Assembly: GCA_964426185.1 (NCBI GenBank)
Contig: CAYRPF010000017.1
Span: 3,158-35,157 of the forward strand
Origin: an uncultured archaeon
GTDB lineage: Archaea; Asgardarchaeota; Lokiarchaeia; Sigyniarchaeales; Promethearchaeaceae
DNA: 32,000 nt
Direction: 5' to 3'
The notes under the pieces were generated by a model, which worked only from the letters and a program-made list of their open reading frames with translations, was not told the DNA's origin and made no database searches. Position numbers and translations under genes: made by a program. Shown here piece after piece: positions 31,001 to 32,000 of the stretch. The number at the start of each line of letters is the position of its first letter. The stretch's first letter is position 1.

Positions 31001-32000
31001 ATATAATTATTTTTACCACAAATGATGATTTCCAAAAAAAAGATGATAATTCTCCTGTTCTCAGCAGTTTTTCAAGAATAAAAATGAAAACAGCTAACTA
31101 TAAATCGATAAAACATTGGATTATCCCAAAATTGTCTTTTAATTTTCCACAAGATGCATTGAATATGGAATTATCCTATAAAATCTCCCAAGTAATTTTA
31201 TTGGGGGGGGTTGTTACTGCTGTGAATCACTTTTGGAACAAAATTTTTGTTCTAATCTTTAACCAAGGGCAGATCTCTTTAGCATTCCAAATAATACTGT
31301 GGTTCCTAAGCTTTATGGTTTTTATTACATTTGGATGGCTCTATATTTTAAATAATTTTGACAAAAATAACCTCACTCTTCAATTTAAATTAAATTTTCT
31401 CAAAAATAAAGCATTGATTCGTGCAATATCTATCTATCTATGTAGTGTTTCTCTTTTTTTCCATTTATGGCCAATTCTCAACCTTTCTGAATATATTGGT
31501 ACTCTGAAATTTGACAGATTGTTCCTTGATTTGTTGATTGTCAATCTTTTTCTTTTAGTAAGTAAGAAATCACTTCATATTGCACAAAAAATCTTCCAAT
31601 ACTTTAAATTATCAGCTACGCTTCTCTTTTCTTGCTATATTTTTGAAGTTCTGAGAATTTTCACCCAAATACCGTTGTTTTTAAATGTGGCATTAGTTTT
31701 TTTTGTATTTGCAGTGTTAAATATTCAGAACATCACAAATATTCTGCATGTATATCTATTTTGGGCATTCTTTACTAATCTTATCAGTTCTTTGGTCTAT
31801 CTGTTTATTTCTACCTTCATTATCCACTTAGAATCTTTGTTTAATATAATTATAACCAATTTGTTCATATTTGGAATAGTTTTCACCTTTATCACAGGTT
31901 TGATCACAGAAATTGAAATCCACAATCGGGATAAAATAGCACTCTCTTTGAGAGAAAGTTCAATGGCTTTTAGAATAAAGAAATCTATTCCACAAATCCT
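22078..32000 (+). CDS. Giant polytopic membrane protein (>3,300 aa, 3' end outside window; absent from ORF track)
   Basis: Frame 1 opens after TGA 22069-22071. No stop in the portions I translated, and the track lists no terminated ORF in this frame. Continuous alternation of about 20-aa I/L/F-rich segments with short or K/R-rich loops. Start uncertain (ATT 22078 after GGGGTGA, or ATG 22088 via slippage). Confidence 0.9.
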   Translation, partial: MINNAREKKKKENEKLSKATNILSGIAFGLIYIFAIPSIFGILTAGITAIFSSEEFLAGEYGIGFFILAILFALPFGLGFFYRTRTKSSHWEIYVKNFSKGIISAVMVALIPLILSNFTFYIIFQLLNYDSFEFIFPFISIILFTLANGVYWLFYQLDFSTSTNFLSDSTIQKQNEPHDGLVSIYLQNKSRNLVQELFLFFSIKSLISAIIFSVFHSILLEIIIDLSILTIFILGFSIFYPKMKAKYQNEEHQKHHLPFIFLDFIKITLLILPFIGLVPQFRYLKQSFALILPFSVFMLIKITCVLLLKFREIRLKYFLPIIAKTFLQEISMAISLISSMIIFIIGIISTSDRILTLILLTTIFFEGLCEYAIFKIPTKKIDLQNQFLFFIVNVFLSFIIIPTSWYFQLLIFTILALVAGKFLKMHDERLQKYHRHLQTIMFLILMVEIGLSLAIFSTANDWLINSFPFINYIFFLNISLLSIFIHLQNVEYNRKPPKSLTVSILGSLLILQLGLFLLLIGGIHQITSIFLDLSRQSFIFQLIFQKEGLLDLTNTNNFIGAIGNWTSQFHLLFRSNLLFNELLSLSLSAITCIFFFNLIVQINGKFGFLPRSLPRKIQFFENLVIIQIISLIPFFYCPSLTSFIIGKYLRNFLMIKFSKRWINEFTKENESALKITLISFFKLGNNLMLLPLTTFLLSEFFEMNLVLSLFIGILIGFFAYNYFEPIIKLPILQKTWKKVKIFDIGRICYHFLMILVFSVYGILIIRMLIIQYLEPTFGFLLSILILGITLRMNLRFLKTPLEILNNNKIISDEKYVRTKFSSWIFSNFIGCVNIGIFLQIILFSSIRTYILANKIYGTIVFEFLLPIILYVFISFHFGKQYNNFLLHKKYQKKTKAFSLFSELLLILVICLIIEFFLYNYIFGIFFSTAVFMSIMYFHCKKFLIIYPNKEKLIEQIKCTIKLVNSLMISLVIAFFIQEFLPSSPFLLIFISSFLTLIIFGIFQRKQPILAENIAAIGKSLILLINALSTLGIFFFSKFWDFSSISANYKIIFISMACNYIISVIIYGIIQFNKYNLLSKQSLPMILLIPTQLGFFTLYIFLLGFFGMIIAGFSLIGFSLSLGAEIALKGFLPSLFLSFISRNLSKFKVFKPLQRYSTIFKYQTVIWWNIFAFSQALMLILINPSKPFLILLAIIFFTSTIIQTTKDLAKIYEKITHKAKFIIDMLLIINIIFSASFIFVLCRINFNLSLILTTLIVSIYSTIMFSRVNLFSHYIFPTVYQIVKLILLNTIFVSFFIFCAQLAQIYFIDENSIVEQRIYLYYSILLGFQYFIPLFKHNIRILKEINIIPVRFWESIHFGLLHFQFYSMILAELMLLSHISGFYSFSLMKSMINPTYWLFLVPSTMILPGILLYLNSKNSKFDQKTQFQHAFLVEFYMYFLSIVISIGIGNILITEFRWELLIGIISVIKLYLVFTLIRINHILLKLEKILNPVILALKRLILLEIGGFLVTLLHYQFAVRWITAGFFGLVLLNALVLSISFFKDCIPVSLWNEFLGFIVLCTGWTLFAVLIHFSLPLENQISYLLFTSILIAPLSLTYLALLIIRNGKIPTKITFHLLQVVFFLIITDLMFVVYTGINQIISPVFFLIPMVFILNSAIFYDKKHLMLFMNRKLELITSSLVFVFSYCSLSIFISDLIAFNLETQIFVFCLAILPGIYLGLKLTEKNYAKYIDLYVLTKEKQKTKTSHDFALIEDRVVEKGVTREELLEEKQDTELSKELETGKKQEFEQKQEVKFNSKQEFQKIPLGFSIIDYLHRKYTLFFKSWMIFAGLLLSYFWIRLAWLNHISLVFTISASLLGLIFVSKSIYKEDFRLLTFYSIIIGNILYYLIIAYIQPQNLTISLILSIIILGVFHRLTTSLLPQPKELLNLENILILSLYWSALSILPWNISLIILMITSVFLILSPRSYLNLFFVTVFVGSIIFFFYTLMTYYDISWYLSLTGSITIGVFGEWILCGISIRWRKSLLKTLLGYLAYSISLLSFGSLLYDYFYFMRYIAPVVFGVILGLVYLLQKATQSPRQKIFFTVLIFAHTFLLFLSIGYCYLFYSLAYLIPLSITLGIGLTLLMYFFFFEHFNLPINPNMVKATLFLAGTGFSLNILLLLIEPTLIQLALKIAIPIALDFYIFIYFIGVGLYLKQFTKEIWNKGAYAWLFVPIVNFVLILEAVTNIDEYTLAIQLSKISLSGSIVLSILISSLLYLPYLLTKLKKFIDYFVYVFWTELLLLVYWASANIFPINFLLQIPFVGLITIAVIIPYYYFRKRWNLLLYLWPVACALNIVFFSLYFTFGLQWEVPLNFFIGALYLVIYANFPPIKEKIPILKLVFTISSYLILFGSLFALLYSFIVIIFYDWVISASISLIIMSFALIPGRFFQIDKKILKPIFSIFLAIGTGLVIWRTFSLIQAADFNLFGVFLGIAFFWALMLLFQVKEYLLSKFYQISWGFMALSFGLAAFEIFLTVFRVGEWASTGVLILVATFITFPLSKKHLVLPFSFICIAIALILNQAIIIIWNLAKVQPALTFVHLTLTLFWGLSFLGYKMIRFGIFANKMKNFLVYLDIWGLFIITTSVNIVLSINLMIPLDWYNFGGILCNLLLFFSVATAYALKSNDIILDSTNLQKILSIFRNYLIVGLYLINSLLISLNAPVLLLNESEILGIVLYRASIFFATLYLVILVLDKYIIKALERKIQKEILWVLVLGFSLFISAYSFISWQTWQLSLLIFASLSIYTLFLVSRVHRLKFHMSLVITDIFLLNVSLFWVLFISFDITKVVHERTGYYILLIGSITALIDYLLVRIKVIPQKSRVYFAVQLNVILAAFACEAFRLQFNQSYSDILGLANILAVFVGTLIVTNIKLIKRNELVLAFWMSFSYAIGMLIFNSAKILLNSFGLTFHIPEAILFFVGILFFIFHIFLSSLMKNIIIFTTNDDFQKKDDNSPVLSSFSRIKMKTANYKSIKHWIIPKLSFNFPQDALNMELSYKISQVILLGGVVTAVNHFWNKIFVLIFNQGQISLAFQIILWFLSFMVFITFGWLYILNNFDKNNLTLQFKLNFLKNKALIRAISIYLCSVSLFFHLWPILNLSEYIGTLKFDRLFLDLLIVNLFLLVSKKSLHIAQKIFQYFKLSATLLFSCYIFEVLRIFTQIPLFLNVALVFFVFAVLNIQNITNILHVYLFWAFFTNLISSLVYLFISTFIIHLESLFNIIITNLFIFGIVFTFITGLITEIEIHNRDKIALSLRESSMAFRIKKSIPQI
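22097..22110 (+). repeat. A14 homopolymer at the 5' end of the giant gene
   Basis: ATGCTAGAG-A14-GAGAATG. Confidence 0.9.

Noticed and set aside
22178-31025. Short track ORFs at 22178, 22833, 23982, 24282, 24948, 25368, 27252, 29559, 29910 and 30840
   Set aside because: Antisense or off-frame shadows of the giant membrane-protein gene
31203-31210. G8 tract inside the giant gene as a phase-variation site
   Set aside because: In frame (L-G-G-V) and short; no evidence of variability from the sequence alone

Overview
AT-rich archaeal chromosomal window. Gene content (two longin-like proteins, a Loki-type TPR protein, ZPR1, archaeal porGDAB, GGTGA/GGAGG ribosome-binding sites, TATA boxes) suggests an Asgard archaeon, probably Lokiarchaeia; this is inference. 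1-17 kb is mostly metabolic/housekeeping: YkgJ-type Cys-cluster protein, thiolase, galT, metF/metV, a MoxR AAA+/vWA pair, a four-subunit 2-oxoacid:ferredoxin oxidoreductase and a phosphotransferase. 17-22 kb holds a DUF429 protein, a structured non-coding stretch, tiny ORFs, a probable pseudogene and a GH13 enzyme. The ORF track misses the most striking feature: one + strand frame open from 22072 to past the window end (>3,300 codons) encoding an almost entirely hydrophobic polytopic membrane protein (roughly 90-100 TM helices by eye). It has no in-frame canonical start near its 5' end and an A14 tract behind an out-of-frame ATG. A second recoding candidate is a possible -1 frameshift fusing the MoxR ATPase to the vWA protein. 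No rRNA, tRNA, CRISPR array or transposase was recognised.
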